Notes: generated by a model from the letters alone, not told the origin. A stretch of DNA of 64,000 nucleotides from Cyanophyceae cyanobacterium (GCA_050331735.1 JBHJGN010000023.1:1-64000), one strand, 5' to 3'. Shown: positions 29,387 to 40,151, numbered from the stretch's first letter. Program-made: numbers and translations.

Positions 29387-29717
29387 GATAAGTTTTTTTT
29401 ATAGAAAACTATTCTTATCGTCTTTCTAAAAATTTGTAGGCTCAACATCTTTTTTTTGCGCTCTGTTCTCTGAATCCTTGGCGGCTAAAAACCATATGTT
29501 TTTTTCTAAAAAACAATAAAAAAGCTATTTTTAGTCTTTCGTTAAGTTGCTCTTAAACTATCTTCAGTATCAAAATTATTTATCAGCAGCAGACAAAACA
29601 ATGTGTATTAATATACGCGTATCAAATAAAATTCAGTACAAATACAGTCGATCGATGTAAGCATCAAACGGTGGTAAACATCCTGTAAATATTTACGCAA
29701 CTTTCACAAGTTTTTCA

Positions 29718-29751
29718 CAGAAAGTAACAAATAGCCGTTTGTTACTTTCTG
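29718..29751. promoter_or_regulatory. perfect 14-bp inverted repeat (operator or leader hairpin)
   Basis: CAGAAAGTAACAAA-TAGCCG-TTTGTTACTTTCTG. Confidence 0.55.
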
Positions 29752-29903
29752 ACTCTCCGTAGTTCAAATCAAGCCGGGTTGAACCTAACCGAGATTCAGT
29801 AGTAAGTTATGGGCTGCTGGAACAATTTAGTTTGTTACAAGCAACCTTAGCTTCTGCTTCAAAGTTTGCAAGAGGAACCCCATTAAACAGTACGGAGAAC
29901 ATC

Positions 29904-31301
29904 ATGGCTTTTTCGAGGCGTAAATTCTTAACTCTAGCCGGAACTAGTGCAGCTGGGGCTGTATTAATGTCACCGCTCCAGGCACTCTACGCTAGAGCAG
30001 CTAAAGGGCAACCAGTCAGAGGCGGAGGCTTTGGTCCAATCCGCGAGGCTCCTCCCCTCAATATCACCGAGCTCCCCCCCGATTTGCGGTTTCCTCACTT
30101 AGCGCTGCCACAGGGCTTTCAGTATACGGCCTTCTCAGTAAGAGGAACGCCGATGAGTGACGGTGGACTTGTTCCCGGAGACCACGACGGAATGGCCGCC
30201 TTTGCAGGACCGAGAAACACGACAGTCCTCGTGCGCAACCACGAACTTTCTCCTGACGAACGGGAGTTTGCAGTTAACGTTCCCAACCGCTTTCGGTACG
30301 ATCCCCTTGCGGCTGGCGGGACAACGACGCTCATTGTTGGTCCTAACCGCAGACTCGTCAGAGATTTTCCCTCTCTAGCGGGCACATATCGCAACTGTGC
30401 TGGCGGACCCACCCCTTGGGGAACCTGGATAAGCTGTGAAGAAAACACCTCAACTCCAGCCGAAAACCAGTTAATAGACGATCCGCAGAATGCTGGCAAT
30501 CGCATTCCCGACCCCAACAATGTTTCCAAGAGCCACGGCTTCAACTTTGAAGTCAATCCTAGAGCCGGTCTTGTCGTTCCTGAGCCGCTCGTTGCCATGG
30601 GTCGCTTCAACCACGAAGCGATTTGCGTCGATCCAGATACAGGGATCGTTTACCAAACTGAAGACCGCAACGACAGCAACTTCTACCGCTTTAGACCAAA
30701 TCAGCCTGGTAAGGCTAATCAACCGGCTAATTTGAGAGCGGGTGGCGTTTTAGAAGCTCTCCGAATCAAAGGCATGCCCAGAGTAGAAACCAGAGCTGGT
30801 TTTCCTATCGGCAAACCAATGCCGGTAGAGTGGGTACGGATTGAAGATGTCAACCCGGCAGAAGATACAGTGCGCCTAGAGGGTCTTTCTAAAGGAGCCG
30901 CTGTCTTTACGCGGGGAGAAGGCATTGCCTTTGGCAACGGAGAAGTTTACTTCTGCTGTACCGATGGGGGGGAGCGCGAGCTCGGACAGGTTTGGCGCTA
31001 CAATCCTACCGCTGAAACGATTGAGCTATTTGTAGAGCCCAACGATCCTGAGCTGCTTGACGGTCCTGATAACGTTGTCGTCACTCCCTTTGGTGATTTA
31101 ATCGTTTGCGAAGACGGTGACGGTACGCAATTCCTGGTCGGAATTACTCAGCAGGGACAACTTTACGACTTTGCGCGTAACCTCATTAACGACCGCGAGT
31201 TTGCGGGTGCCTGCTTCTCCCCAGACGGGCAAACCCTGTTCGTTAACATTCAAGACCCTGGCATTACATATGCAATCTGGGGGCCGTTTCCAAGAGCTTA
31301 A
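29904..31301 (+). CDS. phoX: PhoX-like (DUF839) alkaline phosphatase, Tat-exported
   Basis: SRRKFL twin-arginine signal; DGMA, VRNHE, NCAGGPTPWGTWISCEE, GRFNHE, RGEG, PDN, CED, EFAG..FSPDG..LFVNIQ.PG. Confidence 0.88.
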   Translation: MAFSRRKFLTLAGTSAAGAVLMSPLQALYARAAKGQPVRGGGFGPIREAPPLNITELPPDLRFPHLALPQGFQYTAFSVRGTPMSDGGLVPGDHDGMAAFAGPRNTTVLVRNHELSPDEREFAVNVPNRFRYDPLAAGGTTTLIVGPNRRLVRDFPSLAGTYRNCAGGPTPWGTWISCEENTSTPAENQLIDDPQNAGNRIPDPNNVSKSHGFNFEVNPRAGLVVPEPLVAMGRFNHEAICVDPDTGIVYQTEDRNDSNFYRFRPNQPGKANQPANLRAGGVLEALRIKGMPRVETRAGFPIGKPMPVEWVRIEDVNPAEDTVRLEGLSKGAAVFTRGEGIAFGNGEVYFCCTDGGERELGQVWRYNPTAETIELFVEPNDPELLDGPDNVVVTPFGDLIVCEDGDGTQFLVGITQQGQLYDFARNLINDREFAGACFSPDGQTLFVNIQDPGITYAIWGPFPRA

Positions 31302-31334
31302 TGAGCTTGCCGGAAAAGGATTTTGCTCTTTGAT

Positions 31335-31362
31335 GAAGGTAGAAAAATTTCTTTCTACCTTC
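31335..31362 (+). terminator. hairpin after phoX
   Basis: GAAGGTAGAAA-AATTTC-TTTCTACCTTC. Confidence 0.5.
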
Positions 31363-31435
31363 TGACTTAATCTCAATACGAGCGGCGGCTTGATGCGCTG
31401 CTTTGCCCTGGTTTTAACCTCAAACGGAGCGAAGA

Positions 31436-32200
31436 ATGAAATACACCACTATGACTGTTGCTGCCCTTGTTGCAGGCACCTATGCAACGACAGCTAAAGC
31501 AGATATTGTTAATGGAGGATTTGAAGCCGGGTTAGAAAACTTTGCCCCCGTCGGTGAAGTCGAAGTTGTGTCCTCTGAATTTGGGAGCGGTCCCGTTGCT
31601 GGTGAGGCTCAGGTTTTCCTCTCTACGGCTTCAGAGGGTGACCTTGGGGGCCCTGGAGCCGCTGTTTCGGCAGCAGAGCTAGAAGAGTTTATCGGCAGTT
31701 TTCCCAATTTTGCAGATGAAGCGCTCGACGGCTCGGCAATTCAAACTAGATTCACCTCAGACGGAGGAGAACAAGTTGGTTTTTCCTGGAACTTCCTGAC
31801 CGATGAAGGCGTGATGATTCCTGGATATCTGTTTAACGATTATGCTTTTGCCGTCCTCGACTCTGAGCTGGGATCTGACGCTTTTCTACTTAGTGATACA
31901 CTGAGTCCAGCCTTTGCCGCTGCACCAGTAACAGCCACCGCATTCTTCAACGAGACTGGATTTCAATCTTTTGTAGCTCCCATTGAGCCTGGAGTAGAAT
32001 ATACGTTGTCGATTGGCGTTGTGGATGTTGCACCAGCGGGAGAAGAAAACGAGCCGCAGCTAATCTCTGGTCTATTGGTTGATGAGGTTCAGCTCGTTCC
32101 AGAACCAGCAGCAACTTTTAGCTTACTGCTGCTGGGAGCGGGAACAGTTTGTGGAGTTAAACGCCGCAAAAAAGCAGACAAGACACCTGGAGAAATTTAA
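31436..32200 (+). CDS. PEP-CTERM sorted surface protein (acidic)
   Basis: signal peptide ending AKA; IVNGGFE start of the mature protein; VPEP + TM + KRRKK. Confidence 0.85.
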   Translation: MKYTTMTVAALVAGTYATTAKADIVNGGFEAGLENFAPVGEVEVVSSEFGSGPVAGEAQVFLSTASEGDLGGPGAAVSAAELEEFIGSFPNFADEALDGSAIQTRFTSDGGEQVGFSWNFLTDEGVMIPGYLFNDYAFAVLDSELGSDAFLLSDTLSPAFAAAPVTATAFFNETGFQSFVAPIEPGVEYTLSIGVVDVAPAGEENEPQLISGLLVDEVQLVPEPAATFSLLLLGAGTVCGVKRRKKADKTPGEI

Positions 32201-32210
32201 AACAATTGAG

Positions 32211-32316
32211 CTTGCGGGGGCGCGCCGGGGCATAGTTTCGTATAGCCTTCGGTAGGTGACTTCCTGCGGTCGGCGTAGCGCGAAGCGGCTCCGCAGGAGT
32301 TGGTCCCCTCCGCAAG
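32211..32316. repeat. GC-rich nested palindromic repeat cluster
   Basis: outer CTTGCGG..CCGCAAG and inner CCTGCGG..CCGCAGG arms enclosing GCGCGAAGCGGCTCCGCAGGAG. Confidence 0.5.
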
Positions 32317-32498
32317 ACGAAGCGGACAGCTCACAGTGGCGAACTGGTACTTAAAAGCTCTGTGAAGTTTCAGGAGAAGTGTTTGCATCAATTAGTAAAT
32401 ACTTCTCATCTTTGCTTCTCGAATAGCTGGCGAGAAAGCGTCTAACTCGTCCCTATTGCCTGTTTTCCTCGACCACCATCAAGGATTAGTTTGTGATC

Positions 32499-33491
32499 AT
32501 GTTCTACCGAATTTTAGCGGCGATCGCTCTGTCACTCCCGCTGAACAGTTTTTTGTTAGCTGCGGCTCAAGAGTTCCCTGGAGAGGACTATCAGCCCCCT
32601 CACCCCTTTCAGTCTCAGCCGAGGAGAGCGTTTTTTGAGGAGCCATCTGATCCTAGCATTACCATTCCCGCCTCATCGGCGATCGCCATTACCTTTTGCT
32701 CTCAGGTTCAGTTTGACGCCGAAGAGCAAGAATCTTCTTTCCCCACAACGGTTTACCTTGCTCAGCCCATTACAGATGTTGATGGCAATATTCTTGCCCC
32801 CATCAACTCTTTGGTCAGTGCGCAAGTAACTCCAACCGATGAAGGAGTCCAGCTCCATGCAGAGGCGTTAGTCATTGGCGGACAGTACATTTCTATTGAG
32901 ACTCCGGTTGTCTCTGTTCCCGTTCTTTCTAGAGCCACTGAAGATACGTACTATTCCTCTGGGTATAGCACCAATACCGAACAGCTAGGCGTTGGCTATA
33001 ACGTCGCCAGAAATCTACGAGATTGGCTCGGGCTAGGAGTTTCACAAACTACACAGACCACAACGACCTATGGAACGTCCTACGGAAGTGCTCTAACGGA
33101 AATCGCTGAAGCGTCGGGAGTGATAGATTCCAGCACAGGGTTGTGGCTTGATGCCGGTTTGGCAGTCGCTGAAGCCGTATTTATGGGGATGAATAATCGC
33201 TCTCCCAAAGAAACCAGAGTGACAGAAGTGGCCCAAGGAGTCACCATCGTTTTTCCTCTGCTGGCTCCCGTAGACGTGCCGCCGGTTGCTAAATTAGCGA
33301 CTCAATCGAGCTTTTATCCGGTTAGTCAAACAGCAGAGAGTCCCTGTACCGATGGGGGAGGCGGCTTTGGCGGTCAGCCCTACTACCAAATTAATAACGG
33401 CAGCAATAACTACGGCAATTCTCCTGATGGCGGTAGCTCAGGCTATCGTGGCGCTGGGTATCAGCCTGTTGGCACCGAAAACTACGATTGA
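32499..33491 (+). CDS. secreted hypothetical protein (beta-rich N-terminal domain, Gly/Tyr-rich tail)
   Basis: signal peptide; TIPASSAIAITF..LAQPITDVDGNILAP..LVSAQVTP resembles a cyanobacterial TrbI-like beta domain; low-complexity C-terminus. Confidence 0.6.
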   Translation: MFYRILAAIALSLPLNSFLLAAAQEFPGEDYQPPHPFQSQPRRAFFEEPSDPSITIPASSAIAITFCSQVQFDAEEQESSFPTTVYLAQPITDVDGNILAPINSLVSAQVTPTDEGVQLHAEALVIGGQYISIETPVVSVPVLSRATEDTYYSSGYSTNTEQLGVGYNVARNLRDWLGLGVSQTTQTTTTYGTSYGSALTEIAEASGVIDSSTGLWLDAGLAVAEAVFMGMNNRSPKETRVTEVAQGVTIVFPLLAPVDVPPVAKLATQSSFYPVSQTAESPCTDGGGGFGGQPYYQINNGSNNYGNSPDGGSSGYRGAGYQPVGTENYD

Positions 33492-33570
33492 TGGCTGCTC
33501 CTTATTGTTCAATTCCATTCAGGTTAGTTCAACCACCATCACGATCTATGAGCTGAACGAGACTGGACGG

Positions 33571-33681
33571 GTGGTCATTTTAAAGAGAACTAACCTGACT
33601 CAGGAGCCAATTGCTCGTCTGCACCTCAAGCACCCGCTTCCTTACGACCTCCAGGGATGCTTTGCACCAGACATCTTTTAG
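33571..33681 (+). pseudogene. C-terminal remnant of a carotenoid oxygenase (RPE65/CCD family)
   Basis: VVIL....LTQEPIARLHLKHPLPYDLQGCF resembles the CCD end ARLHLKHHIPYGLHG; no N-terminal part present. Confidence 0.6.
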
Positions 33682-33801
33682 GGGACGGGGAAAGGGAAGT
33701 GCCTCCGGTACGGGAAAAGATTGATGAGGCTGAAAGCTAAGAGCTAATAGCTCTTAGCTGCAAGGCTAAAAACGATCTCCGACTACCCGTGTCGGAAATC
33801 T

Positions 33802-34764
33802 TCAATTCTGAGCGTACTGAAAATCCGTCGGACCGGTATAGCCTGATACTTCTGCTAGCTGATCGAGCGATTGAGTACCGCGATACAGCTCGCCGTTGAT
33901 TTCCCAGGTGGGATAGGATTGAATGCCAGCGCGATCGCAAGCCTCCGGCTGCGGATTCTTGCCTTCTGGCGCACATTCAATATAGTTAACTTTGCCAAAC
34001 GCCTCTTCACCGAAGAGCTGCTTCTGGTCGTAACAGTGAGGACACCAAAAAGCCCCGTACTTCTTCGCTCCAATCGCGGCTAAATGCTCGGCTAAAGCCA
34101 TTTCTGATTCTCCTGACGTCGTCGTAATCTTCCAACCGTCGGGCGGCTGAGGATTGGTCGTTACTAGCGGAATCTGTGTCCGGCCACCGGCAGTGACGGA
34201 ACCATTGAGCGAGTACACTCCCAAGGTTCCAACCAGCGTTAATACCGCGACAATCGCACCTGTAAATAGAATTTGACCAACATCTTCCCAATCCCGTCCG
34301 CGCACCGTCAACACCAACAGCGTCAGAGCAAAGAGTGCTGAACCGATACAGTAGATGCAGAGAGTCTGTAGCTCAAAAGCGAGCACGTACATTAAGTAGC
34401 CGCTGAAAACGGTCATCGCGGTTGAGCCTGCTAGAAGGAGAAGCCAAGTCCAGTCTTCAAGCTGAGTTCTCAGCTTTTTATTGTCTGGGCTCACTGCCAA
34501 AGGACCGAGAGCAAAAGCAGCCATGCTGGTATACGCTAAACAGCCAAACAGAGACAGAGGCAATCCAAAAACAGTCGCGTACTCACTATTCAAGACGCCA
34601 CCGCAGCCATCCCCAGCAGCCGCCTCAGCGCTACAGGCCACTTGCCCTCCGGTCAGTTTAATAATTGTTAAATAGGCCGTGAGCAGAGCACCAGCAATAG
34701 CGATCGCGCCAATTAGATAGCGGGAGGCGCGGTAAATCCAGGGAAGAGAACGACGGCGGCGCAT
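33802..34764 (-). CDS. VKOR family disulfide-bond protein fused to a thioredoxin-like domain
   Basis: C..C..VLNSEYATVFGLP, CIYC (VKOR); WCPHC, YIEC, YPTW (Trx-like). Confidence 0.92.
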   Translation of the reverse strand: MRRRRSLPWIYRASRYLIGAIAIAGALLTAYLTIIKLTGGQVACSAEAAAGDGCGGVLNSEYATVFGLPLSLFGCLAYTSMAAFALGPLAVSPDNKKLRTQLEDWTWLLLLAGSTAMTVFSGYLMYVLAFELQTLCIYCIGSALFALTLLVLTVRGRDWEDVGQILFTGAIVAVLTLVGTLGVYSLNGSVTAGGRTQIPLVTTNPQPPDGWKITTTSGESEMALAEHLAAIGAKKYGAFWCPHCYDQKQLFGEEAFGKVNYIECAPEGKNPQPEACDRAGIQSYPTWEINGELYRGTQSLDQLAEVSGYTGPTDFQYAQN

Positions 34765-34923
34765 AATCTTAATCCTTAGTAGACGCGATCGGGACAGACG
34801 ATTTCGATTTTAGCAAGAAAAAATACGAGTCTAGTGCTTTGCAAATCGCTGATTGTTGATTGATGATTCAACGGTGGACTAACGAGGTCTGTAAAACTCT
34901 ACGAATCGTGAGTTGCGCTCATT

Positions 34924-35775
34924 TTAAGAATGCAGCTTGATTGAGGGAACTGATTGTGCTTTTTTGTGCTTCAATAACGCGCTTTGCTGAGCCGCTTCTA
35001 CAAACTGAGAGACCCGCAGCGGATCGACCGGTTCATTAATTTGTCCGTTTCGCTTGAGAGAACTCGCCACAATCACTCCATCCGCCGCCTGTAGCAGTTG
35101 CGAAATATTATCCCAATTAGCGCCGCTGCCAATGAACACAGGAGTTCCTTGGGCGGCGGTTGAAGCCAGCTCTAAATCTTCTAAACTCGGTGGCGAACCC
35201 GTTGCCCAGCCAGAGAGAATCACAGCATCGGCTAATCCTCGCTCAATGGTATCCTGAACGGCAGTGGTTAAATTAGGCGTTCCTAACGGGCGGGCATGCT
35301 TGACTAATACATCCGCCAGAATGGCAACATCACAGCCCAACTCTCGTCGGTAGCGCAGCAGTTGGTGAGCCTGCCCTTCAATCAATCCCTGATCGGTGGC
35401 CATCACCCCGGTTAATACATTGACTCGCACAAACTGAGCCTCGACGCAAGCGGCGATCGCCAAAGCGCTTTTCGCATCGTTCCGCAGCACGTTTAAACCC
35501 AGTGGCAACACGACCAGATTTTGCAAGCGCTGCACAATGAGCGTCATGGCGCTTACCACCGCCGGATCGACGGCATCTTTCACAAAGGGCGCATCAAAAA
35601 AATTCTCGACGATGATGCCATCAACTCCACCAGCCGCTAGCGCCGTTGCTTCTTGTTCTGCTCGGTCGATGACTGTTTTCAAATTTCCTCCCCAACGAGC
35701 AGAGGTCGGTAGAGGTAACAGATGCACGACCCCAACAATCGGAGTGGCTGTCCCAAAAATTTGCTTTAAATCCAC
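34924..35775 (-). CDS. btpA: photosystem I biogenesis protein BtpA
   Basis: GVVHLLPLP, VENFFDAPF, GLNVLRND, ADVLVKH. Confidence 0.93.
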   Translation of the reverse strand: MDLKQIFGTATPIVGVVHLLPLPTSARWGGNLKTVIDRAEQEATALAAGGVDGIIVENFFDAPFVKDAVDPAVVSAMTLIVQRLQNLVVLPLGLNVLRNDAKSALAIAACVEAQFVRVNVLTGVMATDQGLIEGQAHQLLRYRRELGCDVAILADVLVKHARPLGTPNLTTAVQDTIERGLADAVILSGWATGSPPSLEDLELASTAAQGTPVFIGSGANWDNISQLLQAADGVIVASSLKRNGQINEPVDPLRVSQFVEAAQQSALLKHKKAQSVPSIKLHS

Positions 35776-36028
35776 AGATACCTATCGCACCGCCTTGTGA
35801 AACCGTCTGCACTATTCTAGATAGATTTTATCAAGCCCTCTCGCTTGAGAGAATCAAGTAAGTGACAGCAACCTAAAATATTGAGCCATCGCCGTGCCTA
35901 GCGAAGCTCCTTTGTTTGTCCATGAACCACTAATGACCAAGGATCTCTACCTTTAAGCTTCTACACCTGCTGCTCTAGCAAAAATCTTTTAGTATAGAAG
36001 ACTCTAGCTAACTGTCACTAATCTATAC

Positions 36029-37345
36029 ATGGGCAAACCGACTATTGCTATTTCCCATTTAGGGTGCGAAAAAAATCGCGTGGATTCCGAACATATGCTT
36101 GGCCTGCTGGTAGAGGCAGGATATCAAGTGGATGCTAATGAAGAACTCGCGGATTACGTGATCGTGAACACCTGTAGCTTTATCGGTGCTGCCCGTGAAG
36201 AATCAGTGCGCACTCTCGTTGAGCTAGCAGAAGCCAACAAAAAAATCATTATTTCTGGCTGTTTGGCCCAGCACTTTCAAGGAGAACTGCTGCAAGAGCT
36301 ACCGGAAGCTGTTGCGGTGGTCGGGACCGGAGACTATCACAAAATCGTTGAGGTAGTCCAGCGCTCGGAAACGGGCGAGCGAGTGCAGGAAATTTCCGCT
36401 CACCCCACCTATATCGCTGACGACACCACCCCTCGCTATCGCACCACCACTGAAGGAGTCGCGTATCTGCGAGTTGCCGAAGGCTGCGATTATCGCTGCG
36501 CCTTCTGTATTATTCCCCACTTAAGAGGAAACCAGCGATCGCGCTCCATTGAATCGATTGTGGCCGAAGCTAAACAGCTAGCAGCCCAGGGGGTTCAAGA
36601 GCTGGTGTTAATCTCTCAAATCACCACGAACTACGGCCTGGATTTGTACGGAGAGCCCCAGCTTGCAGAGCTTCTCCAAGAGCTAGGCTACGTCGATATT
36701 CCCTGGATACGCATTCACTACGCTTACCCAACGGGGCTGACGCCGAAAGTGCTAGCTGCCATCCAAGAAACCCCCAACGTACTGCCCTATCTCGATTTAC
36801 CTCTACAGCATTCTCATCCCGACATTCTCAAAGCCATGAACCGCCCCTGGCAGGGACGAGTCAACGACGCCATTATCGAGCGCATCAAAGCAGCGATTCC
36901 GAATGCCGTCCTGCGAACGACCTTTATCGTTGGCTTTCCTGGCGAAACGGACGAACATTTTGAACATTTACTCGAGTTTGTCGAGCGGCATCGGTTCGAC
37001 CATGTCGGCGTATTTACCTTTTCTCCTGAGGAGGAAACCCCGGCCTATACCCTCCCCAATCAAATTCCTGTAGAGGTGGCAGCAGCTCGCCAAGCTCAGC
37101 TCATGCAGCTTCAGCAACCAATCGCTGCGGCCAAGAACCAAGAATGCATTGGTCAGATCGTTGATGTGCTCGTGGAGCAGGAGAATCCACAAACAAATGA
37201 GCTGATTGGCCGCTCAGCTCGCTTCGCTCCCGAAGTAGATGGGTTAATATATGTTAAGGGAGAAGCGACGTTAGGGACCATTGTTCCGGTCAAAATCACG
37301 GACGCAGATATTTACGACCTCACGGGGCAAGTGATATTGAGCTAA
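36029..37345 (+). CDS. rimO: ribosomal protein S12 methylthiotransferase
   Basis: [25 protein letters not shown] radical-SAM motif, APEVDG TRAM domain. Confidence 0.96.
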   Translation: MGKPTIAISHLGCEKNRVDSEHMLGLLVEAGYQVDANEELADYVIVNTCSFIGAAREESVRTLVELAEANKKIIISGCLAQHFQGELLQELPEAVAVVGTGDYHKIVEVVQRSETGERVQEISAHPTYIADDTTPRYRTTTEGVAYLRVAEGCDYRCAFCIIPHLRGNQRSRSIESIVAEAKQLAAQGVQELVLISQITTNYGLDLYGEPQLAELLQELGYVDIPWIRIHYAYPTGLTPKVLAAIQETPNVLPYLDLPLQHSHPDILKAMNRPWQGRVNDAIIERIKAAIPNAVLRTTFIVGFPGETDEHFEHLLEFVERHRFDHVGVFTFSPEEETPAYTLPNQIPVEVAAARQAQLMQLQQPIAAAKNQECIGQIVDVLVEQENPQTNELIGRSARFAPEVDGLIYVKGEATLGTIVPVKITDADIYDLTGQVILS

Positions 37346-37513
37346 CCTAATCAGCGGTGTGCTGACCCTATAAGGCACACGACGCTTGCAGATGGACAAA
37401 CGAGTTTAGGTTTGTTGCTGAATCCATTGGTCAGCTTTTCTCAAAACAATGGTAAAAATAAGTTAAGTTTCTTAAACAAAAAACAAGTATACGTACACAC
37501 TACCTCTTAATCT

Positions 37514-38929
37514 ATGACCATTTCTTTTAAAACTATCGGTCTATCCGAAGCTCGTGCCGCTCAATTAGAAAGTTTGGGCTTTGTTACCCCAACAACCATT
37601 CAAGCCCAGGCGATTCCGCAATTTCTCTCCGGACGAGATGTAGTCGGCCAGTCCCAGACCGGAACCGGAAAAACGGCAGCTTACTCCTTGCCAATTCTAG
37701 AGATGATCGATCCGCAGGTATCGGCAGTGCAGGCTCTCATCCTGGCTCCGACACGAGAGCTTGCCCAGCAGGTGACGCAAGCCATTAAAGAATTTGCGGT
37801 AGACCGTCGCGTGAGAATCTTAACCATCTGTGGCGGACAGTCCTTTGACCGCCAAATTCGCTCTCTAGAGCGGGGAGTGCAAATTGTGGTAGGAACTCCT
37901 GGACGAGTCATTGACCTGCTAGAGCGTCGCAAGCTGGTGCTCGATCGAGCACAGTTCATGGTGTTGGATGAAGCCGACGAAATGCTGAGCATGGGCTTTA
38001 TCGACGATGTGAAAAAAATTCTCAAGCAGGCTCCCGAAGAGCGGCAAACCGCCTGTTTCTCGGCAACGATGCCCAAGGCCATCCGCGAATTAGTGGCAGA
38101 ATTCTTAAACGATCCCGTCACCGTGAGCGTTGAGCAGTCTCAATCGGCGCCCGCTAAAATCGATCAGCATGTTTACATGGTTCCCCGTCGCTGGTCAAAG
38201 CTCCAGGTTCTTCAGCCGATTCTAGAAATTGAAGCGCCGCAGTCGGCGATCATTTTTGTCCGCACGAAGCGCACCGCCGCTGAACTCACTAGTAAAATTC
38301 AGGAAGCGGGACAAAGCATCGATGAGTATCACGGCAACCTCAGTCAGTCTCAGCGAGAGCGACTGGTCCAGCGATTCCGCGACGGCAAAATTCGCTTTGT
38401 AGTAGCAACCGATATTGCGGCTAGGGGCTTGGACGTAGAGCAGGTAACCCACGTGATCAATTACGACCTGCCAGACAATACAGAAACCTATATTCACCGC
38501 ATCGGTCGCACCGGACGGGCCGGCAGAACGGGCACGGCGATTTCTTTAGTGGAATGGCGAGAGCGGGGAATGCTGCGCCAAATCGAGCGCCGAGTCAAGC
38601 AAAAGCTAGAAGTGAGCAAGATTCCCACCAGAGCCGAGGTCGAAGCAACTCGCCTCAAGAATCTCCAGACTCAGATTCAGGAGACGCTAGCTGGAGAACG
38701 GATGGCGTCGTTCCTGCCCCTAGTTAGGGAACTCAGTGATGAGTACGATCCCCATGCGATCGCCGCTGCCGCTCTTCAAATGGTTTACGACCAAAACTGT
38801 CCGCAGTGGATGAAGACGGATTGGGAAGTTCCCACTTCCAGTGCACCCAAGCCTGTCCTCAAGCGGGGCCGCAAGAAAGGTCGAACCACTAGAAAAGAAG
38901 AAGTGGGCGCAACGGGAAATCGAGAGTAA
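37514..38929 (+). CDS. crhR: DEAD-box RNA helicase
   Basis: TGTGKT, PTRELA, TPGR, DEAD, SAT, HRIGRTGR; sits downstream of rimO as in other cyanobacteria. Confidence 0.93.
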   Translation: MTISFKTIGLSEARAAQLESLGFVTPTTIQAQAIPQFLSGRDVVGQSQTGTGKTAAYSLPILEMIDPQVSAVQALILAPTRELAQQVTQAIKEFAVDRRVRILTICGGQSFDRQIRSLERGVQIVVGTPGRVIDLLERRKLVLDRAQFMVLDEADEMLSMGFIDDVKKILKQAPEERQTACFSATMPKAIRELVAEFLNDPVTVSVEQSQSAPAKIDQHVYMVPRRWSKLQVLQPILEIEAPQSAIIFVRTKRTAAELTSKIQEAGQSIDEYHGNLSQSQRERLVQRFRDGKIRFVVATDIAARGLDVEQVTHVINYDLPDNTETYIHRIGRTGRAGRTGTAISLVEWRERGMLRQIERRVKQKLEVSKIPTRAEVEATRLKNLQTQIQETLAGERMASFLPLVRELSDEYDPHAIAAAALQMVYDQNCPQWMKTDWEVPTSSAPKPVLKRGRKKGRTTRKEEVGATGNRE

Positions 38930-39032
38930 GATAGTGAACGGGTTTTCCACTGCTTAACACTTGTCAATGGAAAACCATTGCTCCTACCCTGATTGCCGTA
39001 AAATAGTCTTAGTCGTTGTCGTCTGCTCGCTT

Positions 39033-40151
39033 GTGATCCCGATTTCTGCTCCTCAACAGGGCCACTCCTCATCTTGGCCTGGATTAATCGAAGCCTATCG
39101 TTCCTATCTCCCAGTCAGCCTCAACACGCCAGTGGTCACTCTTTTAGAAGGAAATACGCCACTGATCCCGGCAAGAGCAATCGCCGCTCTGGTCGGTCGG
39201 GATGTTAAGGTATGGGTCAAATATGATGGCTTAAATCCCACCGGAAGCTTCAAAGACCGGGGCATGACAATGGCCATTTCTAAAGCTAAGGAAGCCGGAG
39301 CCAAGGCCGTAATCTGCGCGAGCACCGGGAATACATCGGCTTCTGCTGCCGCCTACGCTCGCCGCGCTGGCATGCGAGCGTTTGTGATTATTCCAGACGG
39401 CTATGTAGCTCAGGGAAAATTGGCGCAGGCTTTACTTTACGGGGCAGAAATTATCGCCATTCGAGGTAACTTCGACCAGGCACTTACGATTGTGCGGGAG
39501 CTTTCCGAGCGCTACCCCGTGACCCTCGTTAATTCCGTTAATCCCGATCGCCTAGAGGGACAAAAAACGGGCGCTTTTGAAATTGTTGACGCTTTAGGCA
39601 ATGCGCCGGACTGGCTGTGTATTCCGGTAGGCAACGCTGGCAACATTAGCGCTTACTGGATGGGCTTTTGCCAGTATCACCAGCAGCAAAAGTGTGATCG
39701 CCTGCCGCGCATGATGGGGTTTCAAGCCTCCGGAGCCGCTCCGCTGATTAGCGGTCAAGCGATCGCTCATCCAGAGACGCTGGCAACCGCCATTCGCATC
39801 GGCAATCCGGCCAGTTGGGATAAGGCCATCGCCGTTAAAGAGTCGAGTCAGGGCGAGTTCAACGCCGTTACAGACGAGGAAATTCTCGAGGCTTATCGGC
39901 TACTCGCGTCTCAGGAAGGAATTTTCTGCGAACCAGCCAGCGCCGCTTCGGTCGCTGGATTATTAAAGGTTAAACATCAGGTTCCGACTGGAGCCACCAT
40001 CGTCTGCGTCCTGACGGGCAACGGACTCAAAGATCCTAATTGCGCCATCCAACACAGCAGTAACAGTGTCAGTACGGGAATCGCCGCTCGCTCAGAGGCA
40101 GTGGCAGAGATCGCGGGCTTGGCGGAGTCGAGCTGCCTACAGCTCTCCTAG
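39033..40151 (+). CDS. thrC: threonine synthase
   Basis: [40 protein letters not shown]; start uncertain. Confidence 0.93.
   Translation: MIPISAPQQGHSSSWPGLIEAYRSYLPVSLNTPVVTLLEGNTPLIPARAIAALVGRDVKVWVKYDGLNPTGSFKDRGMTMAISKAKEAGAKAVICASTGNTSASAAAYARRAGMRAFVIIPDGYVAQGKLAQALLYGAEIIAIRGNFDQALTIVRELSERYPVTLVNSVNPDRLEGQKTGAFEIVDALGNAPDWLCIPVGNAGNISAYWMGFCQYHQQQKCDRLPRMMGFQASGAAPLISGQAIAHPETLATAIRIGNPASWDKAIAVKESSQGEFNAVTDEEILEAYRLLASQEGIFCEPASAASVAGLLKVKHQVPTGATIVCVLTGNGLKDPNCAIQHSSNSVSTGIAARSEAVAEIAGLAESSCLQLS

Noticed and set aside
33352..33570. N-terminal part of the 109-aa ORF as a real membrane protein
   Set aside because: It is an alternate frame of the 32499-33491 gene tail; only the last ~36 codons resemble a protein family.
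37358..37380. Hairpin GTGTGC..GCACAC between rimO and crhR as a novel RNA
   Set aside because: Short stem in an operon already known to be processed; not enough evidence for a separate element.
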